Shown here in pieces: positions 1 through 12,251 of a DNA stretch of 64,000 bases. Location: contig CM059432.1 of NCBI GenBank assembly GCA_030390025.1, positions 6,510,001-6,574,000 of the forward strand, in the 5' to 3' direction. The notes beneath the pieces are model-generated. The model was given only the letters and a program-made list of their open reading frames with translations. It was not told where the DNA came from and made no database searches. Source of the stretch: Squalus acanthias. Lineage: Eukaryota. A program made the translations under genes and the position numbers. Each line of letters starts with the position of its first letter. Within the stretch, counting starts at the first letter, position 1.

Positions 1-258
1 AGGGAGAAGGGACTAGAGGTCTATGCTGATAGAGTTAGATGAGGAAAGACTGGAGGAGGCTCGAGTGGAGCATAAATGCCAGCATGGACTGTTTGGGCCG
101 AACGGCCTGTTTCGGTGCTGTGTATCCTATGAATAGAAGGTTATGCTGAAAGGGTTAGACGTAGTTGGTGTGAGAGGAGGCTCTTGTGGAGCATAAACAC
201 CAGCATAGACCCGTTGGGCTGCATGGCCTGTTCCTGTGCTGTAAATTCAATGTAAATG
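1..258 (+). mobile_element. Two tandem CR1-type LINE 3' ends (1-131 and ~132-258)
   Basis: Each unit carries ggagcataaa..ccagcat..gac..ttggg..ggcctgtt..gtgctg followed by a short tail. The same 3' end follows CR1 ORF2 sequence at 55985-56366. Confidence 0.75.
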
Positions 259-763
259 CAAATGAAAATATGACCTTTCTTAAAATCATGTCAGTTGCAT
301 TTTCGCATTCCGGCTTCTGTCATTGCTCAGCAGCGAGCCCACCTTGACAAAGTTCAGGGGCAGACTCTGACAGACCCGCACTTACTTTTGCAGATTTCCT
401 TCTGTTCCAAGATGAAAGCTATCAGTTTCAAACTGCAGAGTTTGTTTCACAGTACTGTCTGATTTGCTGGTTCCTGGAAGGTCACAATCGCAAATTTCTT
501 TGTAGAAAGGCGTACCTGAGTATTATTAAGGCTTATGTTTGGGTGTGTCATGTGATGTTGGATGCTGATCAATTATAGTCCCATTAGTCGTGTAATGTTA
601 CGTTCACCGCGCCACCTTACTAATGCAGCACCTTACTGTTTTTAATATATAATTGATTGAATAATCATCCTGTCAGTATTGTGTTTGCTTTCCAAAAAGC
701 CTCCAATTATTCTAATAACAGCGATGATGTTTATGCTAATATTGTCCCTTTGAAACCTTTCAG

Positions 764-933
764 AAACTGTGGATGAGAACAGAACATTGCCAAGCCAAGA
801 AGAGGTGGCTGCTTTAGAGGAGTATATTCCAACAAGATTAACATGTATAACTGTTTTAAAAACCACAATTACAATTACTCTGGCTGAGTTCAACCTACTA
901 GACAATTTACTTCCTATAATTTTAGGTCAAAAG
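764..933 (+). CDS. VPS13B: VPS13B internal coding exon (170 nt)
   Basis: Acceptor ccttt-cag at 761-763 and donor AAG|gtaatg at 934. Translation TVDENRTLPSQEEVAALEEYIPTRLTCITVLKTTITITLAEFNLLDNLLPIILGQK matches recalled vertebrate VPS13B (..EEVALLEEYIPTRHTSVTLLK..MAEFNLLDHLLPVIMGEK). Ends in phase 0. Confidence 0.95.
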
Positions 934-1404
934 GTAATGAGCCTCTACCCAAAAACAATCTTATAAATGTATGTAAGAGAGGAAGTGGTTTTTTTTTAGG
1001 GCATAATATTTCTTCAAATAGTTTGACAAATTGGAGAACAGAATATCAATTATTCTTTAACAATTTTTAACTATGCTTTTTGCCACATTGTGGTTTAAAA
1101 TAAAAATACATGTAAATTTGAAACATCGGATGCACAAAAGACCTGTGTTGAGGTCACAGCCTTCTGTGGTCAAGAGGCCTGATTATTTCACTGCTCTGCT
1201 GCTGCCTGGGAGGCACTCAGCCGGTGCTTAAAGTGGAATTTGATCATGAAGGGATATTCCGTCTTTCCACCTGGCAAATGCTTTGAAACTTCTGTGGTGT
1301 GATGCTCCTGCTGCCTTGTCTTGTCTCTACTGAGAGTCCCGAGCTTCTCTCCCTGCCTTCCTTCCTCCAGCATTTAATTAGAAAAAAAACCCTGAAACGT
1401 TAGA

Positions 1405-1766
1405 GTATAAAATTATGAGGGGCCTAGATAGAGTGGCTAGGAAGGACCTATTTCTCGTAGCAGAGAGGTCAATAACCAGGGGGCAGAGATTTAAAGTAAT
1501 TGGTAGAAAGATTAGAGGGGAGTTGAGCACCTTTTTCACCCAGAGGGTGTTGGGGTCTGGGACTCACTGCCTGAAAGGATGGTAGAGGCAGAAATGCTCA
1601 TTGCATTTGAAAAGTACTTGGATATTCACTTGAAGTGCCGTAACCTACAGGGCTACGGACCAAGAGCTGGAAAGTGGGATTAGGCTGGATAGCTCTTTTT
1701 CGGCTGGCACAGACACGATGGGCCGAATGGCTTCCATCTGTGCTGTAAATTTCTATGATTCTATGA
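1405..1766 (+). mobile_element. CR1 LINE 3' fragment
   Basis: Decayed ORF2 C-terminus (YKIMRGLDRV..TRG.RFKVIG), then the gggccgaatgg stem and a (ttctatga)n tail. Confidence 0.85.
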
Positions 1767-2172
1767 AGCTATAATGTTGAACTAGGTACTGGTTGAAGTC
1801 TTCATAACAATGTTTGAATTCCCTATCAACTGGTAGAAGACTGACAAAATAGATCAGTTGGGAAGGGAAGAGTCAACTACACTCGGAAGGGTGGGAGCAG
1901 GGAAAACAAAAGCAATCAGAAAAAGTAAGTAATAAGATAGAAATGTATGGGGGAATGAGAAGCAGTTATGATAGAGGAAGATGTGGATTTAATAGCACGA
2001 ACAGAAACTTACCAGCAAACTGGGCCAGAGTGGAACATAACTTTGGGCTATAATAATTTTAGGAGGGACTCAATCGGTAAGAAAGGAGGAGGAGTGACAA
2101 TATTGGTGAAGAAGGGAATACATACTGTAACTTTCTTATATTTATGACCCCTAGTTTTGGGCTTACTCATAA

Positions 2173-2280
2173 GTGCTCTACTGCTGCCCTGGCAGCTTAC
2201 TCAACACTAGAGTAGGGACTGAATCTGGGTCCTTCATGATCTGTATACATTGGTACCACACAGCACAGTATGTGCACCCA
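2173..2280 (-). mobile_element. Ancient tRNA-derived SINE, head fragment
   Basis: Similar by eye to the head region of the copies at 15085-15405 and 7020-7570. Highly diverged. Confidence 0.4.
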
Positions 2281-2381
2281 CAAAGTATGATCTGTGATGA
2301 ATGAATTTTTCTTTCCTATGTAAAATAATGATACGAAGATTAACCTTTTTAAAAAGAAAATCAAAAATCTTGTTCTTCCAG

Positions 2382-2576
2382 AATTCCGTGCCTTACTTAA
2401 ATGCACCACATTTTCATCCATTGCGGCCCCTACCTGCCTTGAGAATACAGGTGGACAGGGTTAGTTTGGAACATTCAGTGCCAATGTATGCTGGACAACT
2501 TGTACCTGCTGTCAGCAGCCTTAACCAGCCATCTGATAATCTGCTGCACCACTGCTATGCACACTATTATGTTAAG
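2382..2576 (+). CDS. VPS13B: VPS13B internal coding exon (195 nt)
   Basis: Acceptor tgttcttccag ends at 2381 and donor AAG|gtaagg starts at 2577; phase 0-0. NSVPYLNAPHFHPLRPLPALRIQVDRVSLEHSVPMYAGQLVPAVSSLNQPSDNLLHHCYAHYYVK matches recalled VPS13B (LRPLPSIRILVDKINLEHSVPMYAEQLVHVVSSLTQPSDNLLHYCYVHCYLK). Confidence 0.96.
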
Positions 2577-2891
2577 GTAAGGTATTCTTTATCAGCTTTT
2601 TCAATACATTCAATTTGAAGTTGCTCACTTTCATGATGATGAAAATCTGGTCTAAACATCAGATTTTCTTAGTGATATGCCGTAAGCATTGCAAATCACG
2701 AGTGAAAGTTATCGTGTTTTAGCTCTATGCTATTGTACAGCATATGGGTAAAAATAAAGGCTTTTCCTGAAATGTAACCTCTGTTTAATGTTGTATCATT
2801 GTTGAAGTACAAGGATATCAATGATAACTTAAAATGTACCAAAAATATTTTGATATCCTGTTCAATATACTTTATTGTATTTAGTTTGTTG

Positions 2892-3314
2892 ATTCAAAAG
2901 GGGGTGCATAAACACAGAGACCTGGGGGTATATGTGCACAAATCTTTGAAGGTGGCAGGGCAGGTTGAGAAAGCGGTTAAAAAAGCATACGGGATCCTGG
3001 GCTTTCAAAATCCAGCAAGTTACGATGAACCTTTCGGCCTTAACTGGAGTATTGTGTCGAATTCTGGGCACTGCACTTTAGGAAGGATGTGAAGGCTTTA
3101 GAGAGTGTGCAGGGAACAAAAAAAGTGGTTATGATCTGGAATGCACTGCCTGAAAGGGTGGTGGAGGCAGATTCAATAGTGGCTTTCAAAAGGGAATTGG
3201 ACAAGTACCTGAAGGGGAAAAAAATGCAGGGCTACGGGGGAGTGGAACCAGCTGAATTGCCCTTTCAAGAGAGTCAGCACGGGTCTTGAAATCCTGTAAT
3301 GATTCTATGATTCT
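2892..3314 (+). mobile_element. CR1 LINE 3' fragment with internal deletions
   Basis: RDLGVYVHKSLKVAGQVEKAVKKAYGILGF and IWNALPERVVEADSIVAFKRELDKYL motifs, with a gattctat tail. Confidence 0.85.
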
Positions 3315-3775
3315 TGCTCCGCAGTGGTTGGACATTTTAAGCACTAAGCAAACAAGATCTCCTGGATCTTATTCAACTTCACTCTTAGCTAATTCAACAG
3401 TATTGATGGAGTAAATAGGTCTTTCTTTTTTCCATGTGGACTACTGATTAATAAGTAGTATTTTTGATACCAATGTACTTTTCCCCTCTTTTATCCAGAC
3501 CCCTTTAATTGTCCTACTTCAAGCTTTCCTTTTCTACTTGATTACAGGACCTGTTTTTAGTTACAAATGCCATTTTTTGTGTGTGAATATTTGTTACGGA
3601 TGTGCTGTGGAGTGTAATGAAGGGAACTCATTCTGATTCCAGATTCCACACCACTTTGAATCAGATTTTTTTTGTTCATATTTGCCTGTGTCTGCTTTTT
3701 CTTGGAGTCCTGCTGTGACGGTCTTGTTGCCTGTTACTCGAGAAAAGAGTAGAAAGTGTAGTAATAGTCACTTTC

Positions 3776-4341
3776 TACAAAAGCAAGGAAGTAATGCTCA
3801 GCCTTTATAAATTACTGGTTCGGCCCCAGCGGGAGTATGGTGTCCAATTCTGGGCATCACACTTTAGGAAGGATGTCAAGGGCCGAGAGAGGGTGCAGAG
3901 GAGATTTACTACAATCTTCAGTTATTTGGAGAAACTGGAGAAGCTGGCATTGTTCTCCTTGGAGCAGAGAAGGTTAAGGAGAGATTTAATAGAGATGTTC
4001 AAAATCATGAAGGATTTTGATAGAGTAACTGAGGTGAAACTGTTTCCAGTGACAGAAGGGTCGGTAACCAGAGGACACCGCTTTAAGGTAATTGGCAAAA
4101 GAACCAGAAACGAGATGAGGAGAATTTATTTTACGCAGCGAGTTATAATCTGGAACGCGCTGCCTGAAACGGTGATGGAAGCAGATTCAATAATAACTTT
4201 CAAAAGGGGAATTGGATAAATACTGGAAAGGGGAAATAGTTGCAGCACTATTAGGACTAATTGGATAGCTCTTTCAAAGAGCTGGCACAGACACGATGGG
4301 CAGAATGGCCCCCTTCTGTGCGCTGTGTATCATTCTGTGAT
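3776..4341 (+). mobile_element. CR1 LINE 3' fragment
   Basis: ORF 3794-4219 encodes the CR1 ORF2 C-terminus (LYKLLVRPQ.EYGVQFW..LEQRRLRRDLIE), followed by a CR1 3' UTR. Confidence 0.9.
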
Positions 4342-5800
4342 TTTCTGAAATTGGCAGTTGTGACTTATATAAGAATCACACCACTGAGCCTTTCTAGACA
4401 ATGCCCTCTTTTGACATTCATATTATTGGCATGTTTTTCAACTTCAATAATTCTGTGGGGATTCTAATGCCAGACTTTTTCATTGTACACGTGCAAGCAA
4501 TTGCATTTTTGAGTTACAGCCTAATGAGAATTGTGACCAAATTTCAGGAAATGTTTGAAAGTGGGTCTTGTATGTTTGCTTTCCAGCTTTTCTTTCTGCT
4601 TCACAGAGGCGGTAGAAGTAATAACAGAGTAACAACGAAGACCACACTTAGTATTGCAGCCTTTCTGGTCAAAGTATTTAGGTTAAAACAAAATTCTTAA
4701 TTTTTTCTAGAATAAATGAAGGTTCTATTTTTAATCTTTGAGCTGTCAGCTTCTCAGTTACTCAGATTTAGTCTAAAATCTTGTTTATCTGAAAGTTTTG
4801 CATTATTTTTTTTTAAACCTTTTTGCTGGATACTCCTTTAAATACATAGTCATGAAAGGCGAGCAGTTTTGCTGCTGCTGTTTTGTAAGGAGAGGAAAGC
4901 ACTCCCTGCTCGTTGAGACATGTGCATCTTTTCATTGGGTGTGAGGTAATGGTTCAGATTGGAAGTGGTTTCATTGGTTCGTGCTTTAAATATTTTTGGC
5001 TTATATGATTGCTGGTAACATATTTGACAGAACCAGCTGAGAAGACTTATTCAGCTTGACTCTTCTGAGGGAGCTGAATTAACAACAGCACAAATGCAAT
5101 CATTCAGTGACTGTTTAATTGTGTATGGAAGTTGAGGCATTAGCACGGTTGTGAAAGCACTCCCAAACTTCTCTCCCTGATGGTCAGCGCACACATTAGA
5201 AGCAAAAAATATTCACAGAATCTACTGAAATAGTCAAAAGACTGAACTGTTGGTGATCATTTTTAAGTTTTAAAGTATAAAAAGAATGTTGTCGGTGAGA
5301 TTTCCTTTTGCTCCTCAATCTGCATCCTTTACACATCATAGGAACTTGACCAGTCTTGGTTGGTTCTGGTGAAACCATATTCTGAGAAACTGGTGCTCCT
5401 TTTGGATTCTAATAGTGTGTGACTTGTACTTCCACAGCATTCATTCAGCTTTAGAGGATGCTGTGCAGAGAATTTTCAGTATAGTGTGTTCTCTCTTCTC
5501 TTTACCTCCCCGCCCATCTACGATTTCCGTTAGAAGAATTCGGTATCATCCTGTCCTGTTTCTGTTCTGAGCATGTCCATAAAAATTTGCATCTTGGTAT
5601 CATGCTTGGGACCAAGACAGGTGACCTTCACGCCCTCGGAGCTGCATTATAGAAACCAGTTCAGTTCTGACCTGGAGGTAATCTCTGCTGTCCTAAAATT
5701 CCTAAACAGCCCTATAATTCCTAACCAACCCTAAAACAAGTTCAGTGAATGGTCAGGAGGAATTGTGGTGTGTGAAGGATACTATGGCCGAGATTTTGCT

Positions 5801-6583
5801 AACATAGGAACAGGAGTAGGCTATTCAGCCCCTCGAGCCTGCTCCGCAATTCAATGAGATCATGGCTGATCTGCGACCTAACTCCATATACCCATCTTTG
5901 GCCCATATCCCTTAATATCTTTGGTTAACAGAAAGCTATCGAATGTCCGATTTAAAATTAACAATTGATCTAGCATCGATTGCCGTTTGCGGAAGAGAGT
6001 TCCAAACTTGTGTGTGTGTGTGTAGTCACCGCCTGCCAATTTGAGTACCTATTATCTCTATATATCCCTATTGCCTGTCTCCTGCCGCTCAGCCAGTTTC
6101 CTACCCAGGTCAGTAGTTTGCCCTCAATTCCGTGGGCCTCTACCTTAGTTAACAGTCTACTCTGTGGGACTGTATCAAAATCCTTCTGAACGTCCATATA
6201 AATACCATCCATAGACATTCCCCTATCCACTACTTTAGTCACCTCCTTAAAAAATTCAATCAGGTTTGTCAGGCATGACCTACCTTTCACAAATCCATGC
6301 TGGCTCTCTCATCAACTGAAATTTTTCGAGGTGTTCAGTCACCCTATCCTTAATTATAGACTCTAGCAATTTCCCGACAACAGATGTTAGGCTAACTGGT
6401 CTATAATTCCCTGGTTTCCCCCTCTCACCATTTTAAAATAGCGGAGTGACATGCGAATCCCGAAAACTTGGAAGATTATTGTTAGGGCATCTGCAATGTG
6501 CTCATCTGCTTCCTTTAAAACCCTGGGATGGAAACCATCTGGCCCTAGGGATTTGTCCCTCTTCAGTGCCATTATTTTCTTCA
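5801..6583 (-). mobile_element. CR1 LINE fragment (3' end plus internally deleted RT)
   Basis: Reverse-complement CR1 tail at 5801. Minus ORFs read GRSCLTNLIEFF..YMDVQKDFD and DKSLGPDGFHPRVLKE. A (TG)n run sits at the deletion junction near 6010-6022. Confidence 0.85.
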
Positions 6584-6873
6584 TCGGTGGTAGGAAAAAT
6601 AATGGAATCCCTACTAAAGGAGAAAATAGAAGAACATCTAGAAACCAGAAATATAATAATGAATAGTCAGCATGGATTTCAAAAGGGAAAGTCTTGCTTG
6701 ACCAACCTTATTGAATTTTTTGAAGAGGTAACAGAGAGAGTAGACAATGGTAATGCAGTAGATGTAATTTATCTGGATTTTCAAAAGGCCTTCGATAAGG
6801 TACCCCATAATAGACTAATGAACAAGGTCAGAGAATGCGGAGTCAGGGGACAAGTAGCAGAATGGATTGCTGG
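6584..6873 (+). mobile_element. CR1 RT fragment, inverted relative to its neighbour
   Basis: VVGKIMESLLK..SQHGFQKGKSCLTNLIEFFEEV..YLDFQKAFDKVPH in ORF 6446-6934. Confidence 0.85.
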
Positions 6874-6874
6874 C

Positions 6875-6967
6875 TGGCTGGCTTCAGGACCCGCTGTCAA
6901 AAAAAAAACACTTTCCCACCCGACCCGCCACTGATCCCACCTGCTGACAACCTGGAAAATTCCGGCC
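6875..6967. mobile_element. Right end of a PIF/Harbinger-like MITE
   Basis: Ends ggaaaattccggcc like the other MITE ends in the window. A possible left end is ggccgagattttgc at 5786-5799 (11/14 match), but there is no clear TSD. Confidence 0.4.
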
Positions 6968-7019
6968 AAACATTCCAGGATCCTACAAGGTAGAGAATCT
7001 TAACTTTTTTGTCACAATT

Positions 7020-7570
7020 TTCATGCATTCTCCTGCTGGGGTATGATTGCATGGACCATTTTGCTGAATTGGGCTCTGTTTGTGCTCTATGACCCCGGCA
7101 ATGAGTGCACTTGGGCTATTTTGTCATGAGGAGCACCTGATACTGTTTCACCTGCCGGACCCACCCACAACCTCTCCGGCAGTGTCACTGGATAGCAATC
7201 AGGAATCAAACCCTTACCCTGTTGCCTTGTGCAGGGACACTGAAGCTAATCTCCTGGGCTAGTTTTGATCGCCTAATGGGGTTGGAGAGGAATTTCCCAG
7301 AATTTTTTTTTCCACAAACTGGCCTGGGTTTTTTAAAATCTGGTTTTTCATCTCTCCCAGGAGATCTGGGTGGGGTAGGAAGTGTATATATTGTGATACA
7401 CAAGGTATATCACAATTGTGTGGGACAGGCTGGTTGGATCAGAGGGTCTCTTCCTGTCCATCATTGCTCGTATGTTCGTAATGATAGTCACCCCACCACT
7501 ACCACAGACCAAGGACAGAATCTGGAAGGGTCCTGGCAATGTGGCATGGTAACACACTACATTTAGCCTC
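7020..7570 (-). mobile_element. Ancient tRNA-derived SINE split by a CR1-type 3' UTR insertion (7251-7481, +)
   Basis: The ctggatagcaat motif is shared with the copy at 15085-15405. The insert ends in a CR1-like tail (cgtatgttcgta), and a related tail occurs near 46025-46087. Confidence 0.5.
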
Positions 7571-7914
7571 AAGTTTTTTTTTTCCAGAAAAACATCCAAC
7601 AAAATGAGAGATTCTGTTGACTTTAGTTCTAAACTTGTGTCGATAACTCACTGAAGTGATCAGCAACACTGAGGTTCAACATAGTATTGTGAAAGAATTG
7701 TCTTAACTGCTGCACTCGAAGGTGTAACTTTATTGTTTTTTGGCACTTTCCCACAAAGATATTGTCAAGACCAAGAAATCCATGTGGGAATTGTGAGGGA
7801 AAAGCTCATATCCCACTACTGCATGTGATGGTGCTGCTTTGTGTATGCATTTTTTTTCCATATGCATGCGCTAATTTCTCCAGAGTGCAGCAACATTTGC
7901 ATCATAGATCTATT

Positions 7915-8300
7915 TGCTTCGATTTTTAAATTCCTTTCCTTGTTTTCAAATCCTTGCATAGCCTTGCTCTCCCTATATCTGTAACTTCCTCCAGCCCTAC
8001 AACCCTCCGAGATCTCTGCACTTTTCCAAATCTGGCCTCTTGTACATCACCGATTTTCATCACTCCATCATTGGCAGCGATGAGCCTTCAGCTGCCGACG
8101 CTCTGGAATTCCCTCCAGAAACACCTCCGCCTCTCTGTCCTCCTCGAAGACAGATCCTTAAAACCTACCTCTTTAACCAAGCTTTTGGTCACCTGTCCTA
8201 ATTATGTGGCTCGATTTCAAATTTTGTTTGATAACTCTGTGAAGTGCCTTGGGACGTTTTACTACGTTAAAAGTGCCAGATGGATGCAAGTTGTTGTTTT
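7915..8300 (+). mobile_element. L2 LINE 3' end
   Basis: L2 ORF C-terminal sequence (..LWNSL.K.LRL..SLKPTSL), then the tail ctgtgaagtgccttgggacgttttactacgttaaaag..gcaagttgttg, which is similar to the DeuSINE tails. Confidence 0.8.
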
Positions 8301-9262
8301 TGCTGTAGCTACATTTTTGTAACTTTTATTTGAACCGGTGTTCACTCTTTCTTTGGTGTCACCTCCTCTCCCCACCCCCTGCAAGTTTGGCACCAGTTGA
8401 ATGCTGTCTTCCATCAGGCAATTATGAAGATGTACCGTGTGAACATTTCGTCAAATGCCATCAATGTCACTTGTGGGTTACTCACCGGACGGCATGCATT
8501 GTCGTGCGGGTGTCTTCCCTCAGCTCCCGTTTCCTCCGAGTTGCAGGTTACCCACCAAAACTGTAAAATGTTCCCTTTGCGGAAGCCTAAGTGTGGTTTT
8601 ATGCCAAGGCGCGAATTACAACTCTGCTCTCGTACTCGGTTTACCATAGAAGCCTATGCTGGATTTGTTTGAAATAAGTTGAATTGCACATATGGTTCCG
8701 TGTTGATTTTTGAAATCACCCCATTTATATTAAAGAGCAGTTTTTTGAGCCAATCGGCAGAAAAATACTCTAGCTCACCTGCAGCTGGTTTAGACTCGTT
8801 TTTCTTTTCCTTACCTTGTCTGCTACGCAACGCAAAGTGGAAAGTGGAGAAATTAGAAGTTTCAAAAAAATTTCAGTTTTTATTTAAAGTTTATTTTGTT
8901 TATTTGGAATTTATGCAGGTACATGAGAGAAAAGTAGTTGCAGGAAATGGTGAGCCAGTTACAGGAAGTTAATGGCGATGACTGTTTTGTCAGGTGCACA
9001 GGATATGGAAGTGGGGCCCATGATATTTGCGTGCTCAAGTTGCTTCTGAATTAGTCGGTGTTGCTGGCCTGAAACTGAGATAAATTTGAGCCCTTCTTTT
9101 TGGAGGATTGGAGTTCTTGTTGTTTACGACACAAAATTGATTTGTCCAAATTTGCACATGAATCGAATGTGCTTTCTGTGTAGTAAATGTTGTCATTTGC
9201 ACTCAAACACGACAGCATTGTGTAACAAGCAGAAAACTGTGGGGATAAGTTTAGGACAGGAT

Positions 9263-9979
9263 GGGGGAGAAATTCGGTATCGCCCCGTTTGGGGTGCTAA
9301 ATTTTGAAAGCTGGAAAAATGAGTGCCAGGCGCTAATGATTCTCAGCTTTCTCTAAATTGGGTGTTAGCGCTGCAGGAAGGAAGTGGAGCGCGAAACCAC
9401 GCAGGAGGGGCAGTAGAGGTGCAGCGCTGCACAGTGTCCCGTGCAGCACTGCTGGGATCCGAGGCTCCTTCCCTCCCTCAAAGGGAAGGGCCATCGCTGC
9501 AGGCTCTGCATTTCAACGATCTCCCTCGTCGCCGACGGCAGCCGGGATCCTTGACTATCAGCCCCAAGCTCTCTAACAGAGAGGAGGGCTGATCAATCAC
9601 GGCAGTTAAAAATTTTCAAACGGCAACCTAAGGGATGGAAACACATTTCCCCTGAAGACCAGCAGCCTTACCTTTAATTAGCGCTCCTGAAGCGCCCGGC
9701 CTCCCAAACAACGCCTCCTGCAGCTCTCGGTGTTATTGCCCGGCGATGCTGCAGGGGTCGGAACCGAATTTCGGGTCCGGGGCGCTGTGCAGCCGGATGA
9801 CGTCACGATCTCCGGGCGCAGGAGATCGTGGCGCTAGGGGTTACCGCCGCCGCAAACCTCCAGGTGAATTTTGCAGGTGGTGGTACCATCACCCGTGCGG
9901 TAAGTCATTAGCGCCCCATTATCGTGTCTCCCCCCCGCCCCCCCCCCCCGGAGTCGCTAAGGAGACGAATTTCTAGCCC
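9263..9979. mobile_element. PIF/Harbinger-type MITE (717 bp)
   Basis: TIRs gggggagaaattcg / cgaatttctagccc (12/14). 3-bp TSD gat at 9260-9262 and 9980-9982. GC- and CpG-rich interior. Confidence 0.8.
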
Positions 9980-10125
9980 GATGTGTTCTACCTTGTACAT
10001 GATTGCTCTTAAGGACTTATTCTGCTAAGCTACTACTTCTGTCGCTCCAAAATAAATTCTTAGCAGTGCAGATTTCCAGATTAATTGTTACAATTTCAAC
10101 TGCATTCACTAAATAATGAAAAATT

Positions 10126-10260
10126 GCACAACACCAGGTTATAGTCCAACAGTTTTATTTGAAATCACAAGCTTTCGGAGCGCTGCTCCTTCGTCAGGTG
10201 AAAGCTTGTGATTTCAAATAAAACTGTTGGACTATAACCTGGTGTTGTGCGACTTCTCAC
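10126..10260. mobile_element. Palindromic Penelope-like (pseudo-LTR-derived) element
   Basis: Perfect 51-bp inverted repeat (10126-10176 / 10200-10250) with a 23-nt spacer. 15-bp direct repeat ataatgaaaaattgc at 10113-10127 and 10261-10275. Confidence 0.8.
10165..10201 (-). ncRNA. Minimal type I hammerhead ribozyme motif
   Basis: The minus strand reads UCAC-CUGACGA-A-GGAGC-AGC-GCUCC-GAAA-GC-UU-GUGA: core CUGANGA and GAAA boxes, 5-bp helix II, 4-bp helix I and a palindromic AAGCUU helix III, as in Penelope minimal hammerheads. Confidence 0.7.
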
Positions 10261-10883
10261 ATAATGAAAAATTGCCAGTGCTCGTCCACAGCAGATTGAT
10301 ACGCTCTTGCTGTGAGTAGCTGGGACCATTCTGATCCCTGCTTGCCTGCCTGTTACGGGAGCTTGAGCTGTCATGTTTGCACAGCTGGAACAAAAGATTG
10401 GCCTGGTGTTGAATATTGTTAGCGTGCGCTCACATTCACAAATGGGCAGTCAGCTTGTGACATTGTACATATGCTCGCTCCATCTGTAAGACTTTTGTAT
10501 AGGAAGGCATACTCGGCCTTCATTGGAAAAACAATGAGGATGCGAGAAAAAATATGCAAGATTTAGCAGAAAATCAAACTAAACCTTAGTTCTGATATAA
10601 ATACAAAAAGTTAACATTTTCAAATGACTGCATTTCATAGATTGATTGTAACAATTTCATGTTGAGAAGAATCTGCTGCGTTTCCCAGTTGCACTGGCAC
10701 ACTGTACCATGGGGTGGCAGGACTCTGTTTCCTTTCCGCATGTCCTCAAATGATAGATTTCACCATTAAAGGTGAGGAGCGGAGCGGGCGCTAAATGCTT
10801 CCTGACACGGGGAGAAAATCAGTGCGCTCATCACTTTCGGATACTCCAGCACAAATGGTATTGATGGAGATGGGAGCAGATGG

Positions 10884-11003
10884 GGAACGGTAGTGTAGTG
10901 GTTATGTTACTGGGCTAGTAATCCAGCAGACCTTGAATAATAATAACCCAGAGAACAAGAGTTCAAATCCCACCACAGCAGTTTGAGAATTTGAATTTGG
11001 TTT
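10884..11003 (+). mobile_element. tRNA-derived SINE/LINE head
   Basis: A-box-like tagtgtagtgg and B-box gagttcaaatccc. Same family as the head at 21010-21125. Confidence 0.7.
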
Positions 11004-12251
11004 TAAGGGGTCGGCCATTTAAGACTGAGATAAGAACATAAGAACATAAGAAATAGGAGCAGGAGTAGGCCAATCGGCCCCTCGAGCCTGCTCCGCCATT
11101 CAATAAGATCATGGCTGATCTGATCCTAACCGCCAATCTACTATCTATCACAGAACCATCTCCTGCATCTAACAGAATTGCACACACGAAATAGGAGCAG
11201 AATCAGGCTACACAGTCCCTGGGCCCGCTCCACTACCCACAGGGCCATGACCGATCCGAACCTAGACTCATGTCCAAATTCCTGCCCGCTCCCCGTAACC
11301 CTTAATGCCCTTTACTTCTAGGAAACTGTCTATTTCTGTTTTAAATTTAATTAATGTTGCAGCTTCTACAGCTTTTTGTGGCAGCATATTCCATGGACCT
11401 ACCACCCTCTGAGTGAAGTAGTTCCTCCTCATCTCAGTTTTGAAAGAGCAGCCCCTTATTCTAAGACTATGTCCCCTAGTTCTCGTCTCACCCGTCATCG
11501 GGAACATCCTCCCCGCATCCACCCGATCCAACCCCTTCACAATCTTATATGTTTCAATAAGATCGCCTCTCATTCTTCTGAACTCCAATGAGTAGAGTCC
11601 CAATCTACCCAACCTCTCCTCATATGACCACCCCCTCATCCCCGGGATTAACCGAGTGAACCTTTTTTGCACTGCCTCGAGAGCAAGGATGTCTTTCCTT
11701 AAGTAAGGACACCAAAACTGTATGCAGTATTCCAGGTGCGGTCTCACCAATACCTTGTACAACTGAAGCAATACCTCCCTATTTTTATATTCTATCCCCC
11801 TAGCAATGAAAGCCAACATTCCATTTGCCTTCTTAATCACTTGCTGCACCTGCATACTAACCTTTTGAGTTTCGTGCACCAGGACCCCCAGATCCCTTTG
11901 CACTTCAGTACTCTCCAGTTTCTTGCCATTAAGATAATAAATTGCTCTAGGATTTTTCCTGCCAAAGTGCATCACCTCACACTTTCCAGTGTTGTATTCC
12001 ATCTGCCAAATGAGGAGGAATTTCTTCACTGAGGGTTGTGAATCTTTGGAATTCTCTACCCCAAAGGGTTGTAGATGCTGAATCATTGAGTATATTCAAG
12101 ACTGAGATAGATAGATTTTTGTACTCTAGTTGAGCGATATGGGGATCGGGCGGGAAAGTGGAGTTGAGGTCGAAGATCAGCCATGATCTTATTGAATGGC
12201 GGAGTCGGCTTGAGGGGCCGTACAGCCCTGCTCCTAATTCTTATGTTCTTA
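11004..12251 (+). mobile_element. Host CR1 3' end (11004-11031 plus 12010-12251) split by an antisense CR1
   Basis: The halves rejoin as ..gactgagat|gaggaggaatttc.., identical in pattern to the intact copy at 16930-16980. Confidence 0.8.
11032..12010 (-). mobile_element. Young 5'-truncated CR1 with a duplicated 3' UTR
   Basis: Uninterrupted ORF2 C-terminus (minus ORF 11268-12086), (aagaacat)n tail, nearly identical to 23102-24072. Confidence 0.92.

Noticed and set aside
2641..2668. 9-bp hairpin just downstream of an exon donor
   Set aside because: Too short to distinguish from chance in AT-rich sequence.
8330..8972. Cluster of overlapping short ORFs on both strands
   Set aside because: No recognisable homology; consistent with chance ORFs of 60-100 aa.
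9263..9979. CpG island or gene promoter
   Set aside because: The CpG-rich stretch is bounded exactly by TIRs and a 3-bp TSD, so a MITE explains it.
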